Origin: Octopus sinensis
Taxonomy: Eukaryota
NCBI RefSeq assembly: GCF_006345805.1
Contig: NC_043013.1
Location: 23,126,001-23,190,000, forward strand
DNA: 64,000 bases
Reading direction: 5' to 3'
Position numbers and translations under genes: made by a program. Under the pieces are notes generated by a model, which was given only the letters and a program-made list of their open reading frames with translations, ran no database searches and was not told where the DNA came from. Below are positions 11,825 to 25,186 of the stretch, in pieces; the stretch's first letter is position 1; every line of letters starts with the position of its first letter.

Positions 11825-12560
11825 ATCTCTTTTATTTGTTTCTCTTCACTCACGCGAATGCTTATAAATCTGACAGAATTAATTAATAAAAACTCAGGTC
11901 TTCATTTCTGTTTTTAGGAGAGAAATAATTAAAAAAAAAAAAAGACCTCAACAGATTTACCGTCTTTGATAGAATAAAATCTATTCAATGTCCTTCTACA
12001 CACCGATTCGATGTTATTTATTTCTAGTAAAATACTGTAATTTCTTATTCTTTCTTCTTAATTAAGGATATAATTATAAAGTGAGGCAGGTTTTGAAAGA
12101 AATTGTTTCTTGAAGAAGAAAATAGATTTTTTAAAAATCAAACTAAGAGCATGCCTGAGCCGTAATTTGGTTCGACTGCTGTTAGAAACGGATATTGCTC
12201 CATAGAAAATATGTCAACAAAATGTTTTTTTATATAACAAATTGATATTTCGTTACATATCTTAATCATCTTGTAATTAATATTTGGCAAAGAAATAAGT
12301 AAATTTCATTTCTTTTTAAATATTTCAAACAATGAGGAATGTAAAAGAGAAGAGATCGAAATTTAGTTTATGGTACGTAGACGGTGTGAGCATATTTGAG
12401 TTCCTTGGTAAATATTTTTCCACCAATAAACAAGCATCCGCTCTCCGCACGAATGTCTGTCGATATGCGTGACTCTATCTGAACGCGCGCTTCGGAATTG
12501 TTACCGTTTATGATCATAATTTGATCTCAACAGACATTCTCAGCAGCAGCTAAAAATATA
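11825..12560 (-). promoter_or_regulatory. Probable INTS3 5' UTR and promoter region
   Basis: Unique, CpG-retaining sequence directly upstream of the ATG. A possible acceptor (ttctgtcag) lies near 11870 and a CCAAT near 12423. The TSS is not determinable from sequence. Confidence 0.45.
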
Positions 12561-12610
12561 TGTTAAACGCAATTCAATTTTTGGAATGGAGTCAAAGTGA
12601 AAAGATCCAT

Positions 12611-12653
<43 letters not shown>

Positions 12654-13149
12654 AAACAGATGATTGTAAAAAATTTTTGACCGTATTCATTCCCCGCTAC
12701 ACGTGTTTCATTTCCTAATAGGAGTTACAAAACTGTCTGTACATGTAAGAAAAACAGGTACATTAAAATAATACGAAATTTACACTTGGATGAAACTATA
12801 CTTAAAGCTTCCCCTCCATGAAGATTTAGTATTATTTTAATTCTCTGATGAATTTCAAATAGATGATGTCTTACGTGTTTACCTTTGTAAACTCCTATTA
12901 AGAAATGAAACGTGTGCAATGGAGAATAAATAATGCCAAAAAAGATTTTTTTCAATCTTCTGTTTTAATATGTAATTACCAAAAAAAATCTCTTTTCCAG
13001 TATTTTTCAACTCTTAAACAAATAAAACATCTCCATACAATTTTGGAGTCCTGGAATATGCAAATGCACTTCATGAGGGCACAGCTTGGGTTCTAACCCA
13101 ACCTACTTAACTGAGGATGGTCTTACATATTCGAGGCATTTCCTTTTAT

Positions 13150-14480
13150 ACAGACCTGAAACATGCGTTAAATGATTTCAAAATATCACTTTTTGGTTTG
13201 ACTTCATTATTAACTGGCACTTCTATTGGAGTTCCTATTTCTGAGACCAAGAACCTCAACTGTGACATTGTAGACCTCAATCAGAAACTGATCCCAAGTT
13301 CCATCCAATTCTATTTCCTCGATGGCGTTTCACAGATTCTCACACACATTAGAGTTCTTTTAATTTCAACACATCTTTTTGTTCCTCCAGATCTTATTTT
13401 ACACACGATGCAAAGTTTCAGTTTACTGTCTTTGAGCTTATGGCACATCCCACATTGTGCACCCTGCATCACTTGGACAGTGCAAACATCTGGAAAGGTT
13501 TGTTTTGAAAGGTGATAATGTAATGAAGAATATGTCTGGATCTTGGATCTACCCAAGTAATCTTATGAACATCCTTCCGATGAAAAAAACTGTGTTGCAA
13601 ATACCAAACTCAAATTCAGGGCAAAGCTGAAGAGGGCAAAGATCGTTACTGATCCTTTTGCCTTGACTATGCTTCCCCACTACATCCTAGGTCTCACAAT
13701 CACATCCAAAATGGGTGCTGAAATCACCAAGGAGGAAGATTTGCAATTTGAATCAAAGTTATGACTGTTCTAAAATCTTGGTAGAAAGCCATGATAGATC
13801 CAAGAGTGGAAACATAAGCAGAAAGGAGAGTCGTAAAATGATTGGATGGTAAAGGCAGTGAAATGAGTCTTTCACTGAAACCATGAGGTTGTTCTAGTCT
13901 GTGGATTAACTCTGTATGAAGGGCAAAGACCAACAACCCCCTTTCATGCTTCCTTACTCTTTAGCTTAAACTTCCAGACAAAAAATATATTCAGCACCTT
14001 TTTCTGTCAATTGGTCTTCATCACTCAACTAGGTTTCTGAAAATGCAGCAACATCAATATTTTCCCAAGCCAACTTCTTCACCATTATGCCGCTTGGTCA
14101 TTCAGGATTACTTGACCCTTTGTCATCAAAAAGTGTCCTGACATTCCACATCCCCCCCCCCCAATCTGTTTTTCTTGCTTGCATATTGTCCTGCTGTTGT
14201 GACCAGCTTCATGGTCAAACAAGCATTTGTTTGGATTACCTTTTTTAACCCTAACCCTAACCCTTTTCAGATTTCTTGGTGAGTAACACTATTCTAGAGG
14301 GAGCTGCTCACCCTCTCACTGAAGCATGCTACTGTTCTATCAATAATGCAGTGATGTTAGGATGGGCCTTGAACTGCTTGCATTCAGATTTGTGACAGTG
14401 TGCTCCCAGGTGATTAAACCTGCACATGATGCCCATGTAACTAAGAAGAGATATTGGTACACTTTAATGGCAATGCTACA
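13150..14480 (-). mobile_element. Old RTE LINE remnant (APE endonuclease and linker)
   Basis: HRLEQPHGFSERLISLPLPSNHFTTLLSAYVST..FYQDFRTVI resembles the RTE endonuclease pattern (ERLM-LRL, ISAYAPT, FY-DL). The downstream TWDQF..VEVLG segment is linker-like. Confidence 0.7.
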
Positions 14481-15019
14481 CACTTGACAGATATGCACAG
14501 CACCCCCTCCTCCCCAAAAATCTGATGTCCAGTGACAAACCAAAGAAAGACGACTAAATGATTATGGAGGCCACATGTGTTATTTATATGGACTTTGACC
14601 TTTCTAGTTCTGCAAGTGTCAGGCAGTATGGCACAATTTTCTCGGTCTTAGAAGTCTAAAGAGCCCCAACAGAGTGTCCAATAATCACCCTCCTCACAAG
14701 TGAGCTTGGTGGGGTTGCTGCTTCAGTCGTTGACAACTTGACCGTATCACAGGTTGTATTGGGTTCCATGCTACAAGTAGTGTTCAAGAGTAACCTGAAC
14801 TATATAGATAAACAGACAGACAGACAAATAGATAGATAGACATGCAAATATATGGATACACACAAATATATGGATACACACATGTATGTGTGTGTGTGTA
14901 GAAGAATTCAAAATATAAATGGTTTAACAACATACCAAGAATTCATCTCCTTATTCAATTTTCCTATATGTCATTATCATCATCATCATCGTTTAATGTC
15001 TGTCTTCCATGCTGGCATG

Positions 15020-17385
15020 GGCTTTAAGTATATCTTCAATGTAGTGTAAGAGCTGTGTTAGACAGTCCCTGCCACAGCGAAAGCCATACTGATTTGCATT
15101 TAGGAGTTTGTGGGTCTCCAGGAAATCAGCTATCCTTGATCTTACCACTTGTTCAAACACTTTAATGATGTGGGAGGTGAGTGAGACTGGGCAATAGTTG
15201 ACAGCGAGGGATCTGTTTCCCTGTTTGAAAACCGGGATGACAGACTGGGATAGAAGCTATTTTGGTATATAACCTGAGTCTAAAGAAATTCTCCAGAGGT
15301 TGGTCAGAGGGACTGCAAGTTGGTGTCTACATTCCTTCAGGAGACTAGCGGGGAATCTATCAGGGTCTACAGCAGAATAGTATTTGACCTCATTTATTGC
15401 TGCTATGATGTCAGAAGCAGTGAAGGTTATGTCTGAGATTTTATGTTGGGAATCAACTTCGTTCGCTTCTCTTACGTCAATATCAGTAGGAACACTAAAG
15501 ACAGAGCAGTATTGTTTCTGCAGTATTTCTGCCATTTCTTTAGCATTGTGTTGGGGAATACCATTATCATCAATCAATGGCCCAATGGGTGAGACAGTGG
15601 TTCTATACTTATTTGCATAAGAATAGAACACTTTGGGTTCTGTTTGATGTTTTTGATTACCCACTGTTCCTCCACAGCACTTTGATTTTCAATGGAGGTT
15701 TTTATGTCGATCTGCAGATGAAGTTTTTCCAACTCCAGCCTTTTCATTGTTGTTGAATGTGGATTTTGTATGTGGGAATATTTTAATTGGTTGAATTTTT
15801 TATTGAGTCTTTTGATGCGCCTGATGAGTGTTTTTTTCTTTTTAGGGAGCCGGTTTTTTTCTTTTTAGGGAGCATGTTTAGAGCATGTATAGGTGAGTGC
15901 TGCCATGTGGTCTCAATTTGGGTAGAATTGAGGGTAAAAGACCAGTAGATGAAAGACAGACCCTTTCTGATTGCTCCCCAGTCCGCTTTGTGGAAGTTTA
16001 TGTTGTCAAATGAGTGCCATGGAGTGGGATTGGCTGGTTTGGTTTTTATATGTCAGGAATTAAAATTGCAAGGTACCATGTCGTGGTCTGAGAGGAGAGT
16101 TTTTTCAACTGAAATACTGTGAACGGAGCTAGAGTGGTTGGTTAATATTAGATCCAAGATCGTTTTATTTTGTCTTGTTGGTTCGAGCACTAGCTGAGTC
16201 AGGAAGAATTTATCCATTAGATTAAAGAGTAATTCTGCTGCTGCTTTATCTGATGTAGGGCATTTGCCTAACTTCAGAGTATTTGTGGGCCAGTTTATAT
16301 GAAGGAGATTAAAACACCCATCACTAGTAAGTTTCCAGAGTTGTATTTTTGAAGGAAGAATTTGATTTTGTTGAGGCACTCTTCAAAGCACTTTAGAGGT
16401 GCTTGGGGAGACCTGTAAAGACCAACAATGATTATGTCTTTGGCCTTGTTGAATAGTGATATAGATTCACAATAGCCATTGGAAAATATGTCCTTGGCAT
16501 CAACTGAAAAGGAGTCATGGAGATAGATGGCTGTCCCTCCTTTATTTTGGTCTGTGCAATCTGCATGGACGGTGGTGAAATCTTTTATTTTCACCTCGGC
16601 ATCCATATGTGTGCTGTTTAGGTGAGTTTCAGTAAGGATAAAGAAAGGGAAGCAATGTGCCGTTTCAGCAAGCCAACTCTCTATATATGGGATCTTCCAT
16701 TTTTGGGCAATGATTGATGGGTTGATGCCACGTACATTTAACAGGAATGTCAAGGTAACGGTAGTTTGATGTTTGCATTGTTCTAAGTTATGTTTTATGT
16801 TGTTCAATGGTAACAATGTGGGTAGTCTTTGTATGGAGCTGTGTGTGTGTGATTTTCTTGTTGGTAGTGGGTGGGTGTGTGGTCCTTGTGATTCGCATAA
16901 ATGGTTGCTGATAGCTCGTTGGATCTCCTGGCTTAGGACGGCCTTCATATTTTCTAGGTAAGTCAGTAAAAAAGAGTTGCCTCTTTGGTTTGCAACTTTG
17001 TCAGAGGATACATAGTTTATGTTTATGTTATTTGGTGTTATGGTTTTTTCATGGTTCTGTCTTTGTTGTTTGATTGTAGGAAGTGAAACGTGGTTGTATT
17101 TTGTTTTATTGTTGTAGGTCTTCTTTGTCACTGTTTATATTTATTTTTCAATCGTTTCATGCCCTTCAGATGGTGGTGGTTGCATTCTGGGTTCAGGCAC
17201 ATCCTTAGTGACACAGAAGTTTGGCACAGTTTAGGATGGAAGAAGGTGCATCCATTGCCTTTTATGCATCCATATTTAGGATCAGGGTCATGGACTCTGT
17301 ATTAGGACAGTATTTGGGGTGGGGGTGATGGCAGTTTTTTCCTGTTATACCATATGGACAGGTGCCCTTAACAAGACAAGACACC
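15020..17385 (-). mobile_element. CR1/L2-superfamily LINE, 5' portion (CCCH-type ORF1 end, APE endonuclease, start of RT)
   Basis: LLNVRG, LTETHL, GGTAIY, GLYRSP and LLVMG in the APE region; PKVFYSYAN and D-FPASLLKEC in the linker/RT region; NQYGFR near the truncation. The upstream frame CIKGNGCTFFHPKLC..CLNPECNHHHLKG is CCCH-like. Confidence 0.88.
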
Positions 17386-18084
17386 TTTATTGAAGGATGT
17401 GCGTGCATGCGTGTGTGTGTGTGTGTGTGCATGTGTGTGTAAAACTCCCATTACAATAGACGGCATCCAAATCTGCTGATTCATAATTCCTCCAAGACAA
17501 AAGTACATAAAACATTTCAATGGCCCCTTTTACACAATCTAAATAACAATCCGTTCTATTAATATTCCTCATTCAACAATCCTTGATAATGACATTTCCA
17601 TACTTCTGTCATTGAGGGCAATGTCCTTCTGTTATGTCAGACACAGCTGTCCTCAATAACAGGCTGCTTCATATAAACACATTTGACCTACTCTCATCCC
17701 TTCCATTTTCACTTCTCATCCTATTTCTCGGCTAAATAAACTTGATAGCTCTCGCTTCCTATTTAACTTTTTGATATTTGGTTTCAAATTTTGGCACCAA
17801 GCCAGCAAGTTCGAGGGAGTGGGGTAAGTCAGTGGTTGACTTTCCCTTCATCCTTTCAGGGACAACTTCTCAGTATTGCTCCTTGATGCCCTTCATCCTT
17901 TCAAGACCTGTCTCTCAGCTCTTTATAGCTTTTGCCACATTGCTACCTGGCTCCATTACTCTACAGGGTCTCTTTCCCCGGGGATTATGTTTACTTCCAC
18001 AGAACAGGTCAGTCTCTCTGTGGCTTAGCACTCAGATTAATCCGTCAAATGTAATCTTTATTTATTCACATTGTTTTGAATTAA

Positions 18085-18225
18085 TCATGCAGTTTCATGG
18101 TTTCAATGATGTGATAGTTTATTTTTAGAACAACATTGTAGGGCAGGTGTGAGAGGCCAAATATGACTGGTTTGAAAGTAAAACAAGTGGAATATTTTGG
18201 CCAACTTAAATGCTAAAGAGTTAAG
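18085..18225 (-). mobile_element. piggyBac-like MITE fragment
   Basis: Ends aatgctaaagagttaa; reverse-complement similarity to 53953-54178. Confidence 0.55.
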
Positions 18226-20135
18226 AAGCTTGCTTTACAACCCTATAGTTGCAAGTTCAATCCCATTGTACAACACATTGGGCATGTAACTTAGCAGTTC
18301 AGCAAAAAGAGAGCAATAGAATAAGTATCGGGTTTAAAAAAATAAGTCCTGAGTCAGTTCATTCAACTAAAAATTCTTCAAGGTGGTGCCCCAGCATGGC
18401 CACAGTCTAATGACTGAAACTAGTAAAAGATAAAAGATATAAAAACACCCCTACATATCCTTCCCCCCTCCCATCAACCACCACCATTTTCATCCCGGGT
18501 AATGGTCCCTTGCACCCTACTCTTTACCATAGTTTTGTCATCTTTTCCCTCTCTGAATCAACATCATTTTGACGATGGTGGTTGTAGAATCTCTTTTAGC
18601 ATCCACACCAAATTCTTCAATGCCATTTGTTTTTTAATCTTCCTGATTCAAACTAACAACAAATTAACTAAGATACGCATTCCTCACAAGAGAGGAACTT
18701 AGGGTTCACTGCCGCAGGACCTTCAAGAGAAATTTTGAAAGCTGGAACAAGACTGTGTTTGGGTCCCAAGGATATGGGGCTCCTTGCAATTTTGGAGGGG
18801 CTGCTGTGAGGGTTTATTTATTCATTTATTTGTTTTAGAAGGGCCCATCACATATTCATGGGTCTCCCTTTGGCTTCTCAGAGCACAGATCAATATATTC
18901 AATGAAACCTGCTCTTACAGACCCTAATCAGGTGTATAACATACCAAAAAAAAAGATGGGATGATCATGGCTGGAATGCCTTTAATCATAGGTCTGTTTG
19001 ATCAGGCTTGACTTGGGACCAAACAACAACTATTAAAGCATTAAAAAAGATCACAAATGGTCAAAGCATCAAAGGCTTGGCAGTTCCATATCTCTGCTTT
19101 TGTGTTTGCACACAAGATATTTAATACTAAAAAGCACAGTCCATCTCACTCTAAGCATATACTGAAGGTCAATATCCCAAACGTAAATAGTGGCAGCACT
19201 GTAAAATTGATGAATGCATGATTCAATTTCCATTACAGGAAATATTCTACTGATATTTCATGAAGAGGTTAAATAGAAAGATAAACCCTGAACAGAAGTT
19301 GGATACAATGCAGTGAAAAGGATTTGAAATCATTACCTTTTGGGTGGGAGAACTTGATTGTTCAGCTTGATAATTCCTTGAACTAATGTTTCCAGTTTAG
19401 TCATATGGAATGGTGAGGAAGTTCAGTACCCCAATATGAGAATCATTTGTAGGGGTTGCAAGGATTAAAAAATGTGCAGGGAGAAATTGCCATTCTTGAT
19501 AAAATCAAGATGGGCTTCAACTGTTTAAACTTGTCCAAAATCTTGGTGAAGAAAGAAGAATTTATTGACTGTGATTTGTATTTTGTTTCCTTATCAGTAA
19601 AGTGGTGGATGACACCAAAATATTGTATGGGATTGGGGTAGCATTAGGCAATTTGGGAATTGCTGACTTGGACAATCATTGATAATGACATTAAAGATGA
19701 GGTGGGCAATGATGAGAGAGAGAGAGAGAGAGCAGTTGCTGTTTCAGCATCAGATCTGAGAGTGGTGTTTGAGAACTTGGTTGCTTATTTTTCATTATAC
19801 TTCTGTGGAAATTATTTACAATATGAATACCATAACAGAAAATTATGGGAACAATATGATGAGGACCCAGTTTTTAGTGAGACCATTTCAACAAAACTGG
19901 CACCACTGGTTGTTTTCTATGATAATGGTTAATTTGATCAATAGCATATTTCATGACTCTTCTGTCTGTTAGGTGACACACTCAACTGAAACAAGAGTCT
20001 GGAGAGTCTGCTCGTCATTAGTGCAGGTCGGTCTGTGAAGTTAACATTATTCTCACAAAATGCTGTTCTAAGTTAAAAAAACAACAAAATAAAAGGAAAT
20101 GACATGTCTTAAACAAACACAATTTGAATCGATAA

Positions 20136-20504
20136 TCTCTCTATATATAAAGCTGAAGTTGTCTGTGTATGGCAGGTTTGGTAGCCTTCAACTAACACTA
20201 TCTCCTCCGAGACCCTGCGGCACAAGTTGACCAAAATTGAGAGTATGATAGAAGAAGGTTTGCTCTTCCTTCTGTAGAAGAAAAAATTCAAATTGGACCA
20301 TGTTAACACCAAAAATTATTTACATCAAAAAGGTGCTATTTTTTCTATGAAAATCCCTATTTTTTACGATTTTTTGACTGCTGTGTCGCCATGTTTCAGT
20401 GTATTTCAACCAGAAAAATGTTCACTTAAAGAGAATAACAAGCTACATAATGCAAAATTTTTACTTTTCAAAAAAACCCAAGCAACGCTGGGTGATACTG
20501 CTAG
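20136..20504 (+). mobile_element. Non-autonomous Helitron
   Basis: 5' TC..tatatataaa start and 3' cccaagcaacgctggg hairpin followed by actgCTAG, inserted between A and T. Confidence 0.75.
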
Positions 20505-21321
20505 TTATATAATAAATATGAATTATAAATATGGACAATATATGTCTGTGATGTTCAACTTTTTCACTATTTCTTCTCATTTTAAAAGTGTTGTTGACAT
20601 TATGTTTTAATCTTTTTTCAGTCATTTGTGACTGGTATTCCTGAACCAGGGTTAGGATTGAACCTACAACTTGCATTTTACCAGCTCAGTTCCATGTTCT
20701 TATCACTGACCTATTCTTGTTTTAGGTACTTAGGATATTTTGTTACCATATTTTTTCAAATGTGGAGTCCACGCTGATGAATCTTCATTGGTAGACCTGT
20801 AGAAATAATTATTTCTGACAGGCTTACAAGGTTACAAATACAAAGAATGGATTTGTTGGTTAAATCACCTGTAATATTTGACTGGTACTTTATTTCATCG
20901 CTTCTCGATTTGGTCTGCTATAGAAATATTGCCATACAGGCACAGGCATGACCGTGTGGGAAGAAGTTTGCTTCCCAAACACATGGATCCAGGTTCAGTC
21001 CTACTGTGTGGCACTTTGTGCAAATGTTTTCTACTATAGCCTCAGGTCAACCAAAGCCATATGAGTGAATTTGGCAGATGGAAACTGAAAGAAACCCCTC
21101 ATGTGTGTGTGTGTGTGTGTTCTTAATCTGGTTATTATACCTTTGGAGCATCCAGTTCCATTGATTAGCTCACCTAGGTAATAAAATCTATCAATTACTT
21201 TTCACAAGACTTTCAAACATTTGAAGAAATTATTTTACAGGTGTCCCTAAAATAATAATAATGATGATGATGGTGGTGGTGGTGGTGGTGGTGGTGGTGA
21301 TGATGATGATGATGATGACAA

Positions 21322-21775
21322 ACCCGAAGGCATCATTGAAAATGATAATGCAAAGATCCTATAGGATTCAGTGCAGCCATGAGATAGAGAATAGGAAGTC
21401 AGACATAGTCTTAATTGAGAAAGAAAACAAACTGTGCTGGGTCATAGATATAGCATGCCCAGCTGACAACAAGGTATGCGATAAGGAAGAAAGAAAAGTT
21501 GAGGTATATGACAAGTTAGCTTGGGAGGTTAAGCAGTTGTAGTCGCTGAAAAAGGTAGTAGTAGTACCTATAATTGTCGGAGCCCTGGGAACAGTGAGTA
21601 AAAATCTTGAGAAGTACATGGAACAAATAGGGGCTGCAATAAGGGTGGAGCACTTGCAGAAAACAACACTGCTTGGAACCGCTCGAAAACTAAGAGGTGT
21701 TACCTTAGTTCACTGGTAGTGAATAGCTGACACTGTAGAAGCTGTGTTAAAAGCATTAGAAGCTGTGCAAAGGCA
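21322..21775 (+). mobile_element. R4/Dong-clade non-LTR retrotransposon 3' end with restriction-like endonuclease
   Basis: NRKSDIVLIEKENKLCWVIDIACPADNKVCDKEERKVEVY..VVVPIIVGALG..LQKTTLLGTAR fits the R-PD..D...PxD..K..KY REL domain. It ends in (AAT)n. Confidence 0.85.
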
Positions 21776-21835
21776 ATAATAATAATAATAATAATAATAA
21801 AATAATAATAATAATAACAATAATAATAATAATAA

Positions 21836-21866
<31 letters not shown>

Positions 21867-21906
21867 AATAACAACAACAACAATAATAATAATGATGATG
21901 ATGATG

Positions 21907-21958
<52 letters not shown>

Positions 21959-21964
21959 TAATAA
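21776..21964. repeat. (AAT)n/(AAC)n/(GAT)n compound microsatellite; a second tract lies at 22505-22615
   Basis: Directly visible. Confidence 0.95.
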
Positions 21965-22505
21965 ATGCCCTGATGCAGTACCAGAGTGTCGCTCTCATGG
22001 CTTCTGATCTTAACTGATTGGAAGTATTATCATGTACATTGTTTTGTCTTGGTATAAAAGATGAGCTACAGCAAATATTCTGCTCAATACCACAGATTTG
22101 CTTGTCAGTTGTTTGACTTTAACCAGTTGAGCATGTCCCTTAGTGGCTGACAATATGTGCATCTCTGATCACAAGCAGAAGTAGTGGGGGAGCATCATAG
22201 CCATGTGTTGAGAGGGATTCTTTGGGGTTTGAATAATTCACCTCTGGAAACATGGATGTTTCGTTCGACATCCTTAAACAACCCTTGTTCAGGGACCTTT
22301 TGAGTGGGATGGGTTACTCAACCAGAAGAAAATTCTAACTGGGCCCCACCTGCAAGGTCATGTGCTGTTTATCTTGATATGAGATCACCATTGTGATGCA
22401 TGTGCCTGGTGTACCCTTATCAGACGGGTAGTCATGATGGGTATACTGGGCTTCGTATATTTTACCCCAGTGTCACTTTGATGGCATGCACTGCTCTCTC
22501 GCTCA
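21961..22505. mobile_element. Unclassified element of about 540 bp embedded in the (AAT)n array
   Basis: Non-coding, more GC-rich block bounded on both sides by (AAT)/(GAT) repeats. Its repetitive nature is inferred, since only one copy is in the window. Confidence 0.45.
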
Positions 22506-22529
22506 ATGATGATGATGATGATGATAATA

Positions 22530-22586
<57 letters not shown>

Positions 22587-23082
22587 TGATGATAATAATA
22601 ATAATAATGATAATACAAGGAATGAATTGTGCCTAAAACATCTTTTATTTCGCTAAATTCCAATTTAAATTCTCAGGATCCTTCGAACCGTCACAGAATA
22701 AAGTTGGATGAATAGGAAAGCTACAAATGTGTTCCCAGTATAGGATAAACCATTTCCCATCAGTAATCAACACCGAATCAAATTCTGGACCCCTTTACTT
22801 AGTACGTGGCTCAGTTTCTGTTGTCCCTTGATCTGATTCAAAAATCGTAGCTAATAACATCCTCATCGTGTCGTTTCTCGTTCTAACGTTTTCTTTTGTT
22901 TACCTTTCAACTTCTTATTTCACATCCTTTCCAACTTAAATTAGTTTCGTACACTGGAGACTTGGTAAAGACTCAGGGGAAACAACTTATGCTTATTTGG
23001 AGGCAAACTAAATGAGTTGCGTTTCTTAGATCAAATGAAATCTGATCGTAGAATTCTCTCTCTCTCTCTCTCTCTCTCATCA

Positions 23083-23480
23083 TCTTAATATATAAAAGAG
23101 AGGTTGTGTGCTGTGTCTCCTACGATTTAGATTCCTAACTACTCCCTCATTTTGCGGTGCAGTTTAACTAAAGCCGGGTATCTTATAGTCGTGATTCATA
23201 TCGAGCCCTTCTGGGTATTAGCGCGCGTCTACGATGAGTCTACGATTTAAAAAAAAAATTACCATCAATTTTTCCCATTTTTAATGCATTTTTGGCATAT
23301 ATAAAGGAAGTAACTCTCTAAAAATTTATTATTAAATCTCAGAACGTAAAAAGCTACAGTAACACTCCCCCCCCCTTTGTGGTTAGCCATATTGAGATGG
23401 CTATTATACTTTACATCTCTAAAAATGCTTATATAGTTATTTCCCTTACAAACCCGAGCAACGCCGGGCGATACTGCTAG
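23083..23480 (+). mobile_element. Non-autonomous Helitron
   Basis: 5' TCttaatatataaaa start and 3' cccgagcaacgccggg hairpin followed by atactgCTAG|t; same terminus type as 20136-20504. Confidence 0.78.
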
Positions 23481-24056
23481 TTTTATATAAATATATATAT
23501 ATATATATATAATTAACATAAGCAACAAGTTTTCCTTTATCAAACCTCATGATATTGCTACTAATAAATCTTGATTTTTATGACTATACCAATTATGATT
23601 TCTGTCTGCTCTCTCAGCCCTACCCCTATTCTTTCAGCCTTAGATATACAAGGATTTGATAAACTAGTCTATAAATTAAAACTGACCCCATAAAAACAAA
23701 TAAAGCCAGTGACAGGCAGAGTCTTCTTGATAATTTAGTAACCTCTATGCTGAAGTGGAGACAGCATGTTTTTTGTCTATCTCCTTAACTTCTTGGAGAT
23801 TTTAGGTATAATTATACTTATGTGTCCATCTGTTCTAATTTAATTAAACTCTATGTCTTTGTGCAGCTGAGGATTGCTCTGCATTTTAAATTGATGTAAT
23901 TGCTCAATTAAATGGAGTTGCATGAAACAAACATACTGCATTACCTCTGGATACCCTTGTTGCTTATTTTGATTTTAATCCTCTTACCATATTCATCTGA
24001 ATCTAAATTTTTGCTGAACTCATCTACCATACCCAAAGTATATATATATATATATA

Positions 24057-24172
<116 letters not shown>

Positions 24173-24269
24173 ATGTATATATATATATGCATATATACAT
24201 ATCATTAGTAGAAAACATAAATCTGAAGAGGAAAAACACTATAAGATGTAGAGCAGAGTATATTTTTAA

Positions 24270-24433
24270 TGGAGAAGGCTGGTTTATGAGATTATCCTGG
24301 GTTTCCCGTCCATAAAGGGTCTATTTGAAGAGGTCATAGGCCAACAGGGTTTTGGGGGTCTGACGATACGCCATAAAGCTAAACACTTTGTGGGCGGAAA
24401 ACCCAGGGTAATCCTATAAACCAGCCTTCCCCA
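24270..24433. mobile_element. Foldback MITE with 47-bp inverted arms
   Basis: ggagaaggctggtttatgagattatcctgggtttcccgtccataaag pairs with ctttgtgggcggaaaacccagggtaatcctataaaccagccttcccc (40/47 by my count). Confidence 0.75.
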
Positions 24434-24492
24434 TATATATAAATATATATGTATATATATATATATATATATATAATTAAAGCAATATGCAA

Positions 24493-24745
24493 TATAGAGA
24501 CTTATTCATCCTCAGAATATATTTCTTCTTGCTTTACAATTTTATACAGCATATTATTATGGTCTTTCCATTGCACCACTCCGAAACTAGCCAAATGGAT
24601 CGACCATAAAGAAACTGCACCAAATGTTGTGCCAGGCTGCATCTGCAACTGGCCATAATCTGTGCAGTGGAAACTTATAAAGACCATAATAATATGCTGT
24701 ATTAAATAAAAGGAAATAAATTTTGACGATGAGCAAGTCTCCATG
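24493..24745. mobile_element. Foldback MITE with imperfect inverted arms of about 65-70 bp
   Basis: A perfect 23-bp core tacagcatattattatggtcttt / aaagaccataataatatgctgta extends outward to gagact...agtctc. Confidence 0.75.
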
Positions 24746-25186
24746 TTTTATCTATATCATTACAGTTATTGCTAACATATACTCCAGACAATATTATTGT
24801 CCAGAGAAGCGAACACGGAATTATCCATCGGAAGAATTTACAGAGTGACTGACAACTAATAGTAGTCAAAGACGGTAAATACTGATCAATGTGTTAGCCA
24901 TAACCTGGAACTTAACTGAAAGTCACCACAGTATCCACCCAGATAATAAATCCCTCCAAACACACACACATACACACACACATATATATGTAATAAGAGG
25001 AAGGATATAATATCCTGGCAGATACCGAATTTCTCTATGTAAAATGCCAAGGCTGGTTCCTTCAGATGGCATGTTTTTTCGGTAATCTTCATTTAACTCA
25101 CATCCGATGTTACAGTATATTTCTTTGCTATTTAGAATGTAAAGTACGATATTGATAATAAGGAGATTGAAGAATTTGTGTACAAA

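Noticed and set aside
14246-14263. (TAACCC)3 telomere-like repeat
   Set aside because: Only three units, inside an RTE remnant; too short to call an interstitial telomere.
19456-19932. Plus-strand ORFs of 61 and 90 aa
   Set aside because: No recognisable domain, interrupted by (GA)n, and no supporting plus-strand splice structure.
21756-22663. Poly-I and poly-Y ORFs
   Set aside because: Products of (AAT)n arrays.
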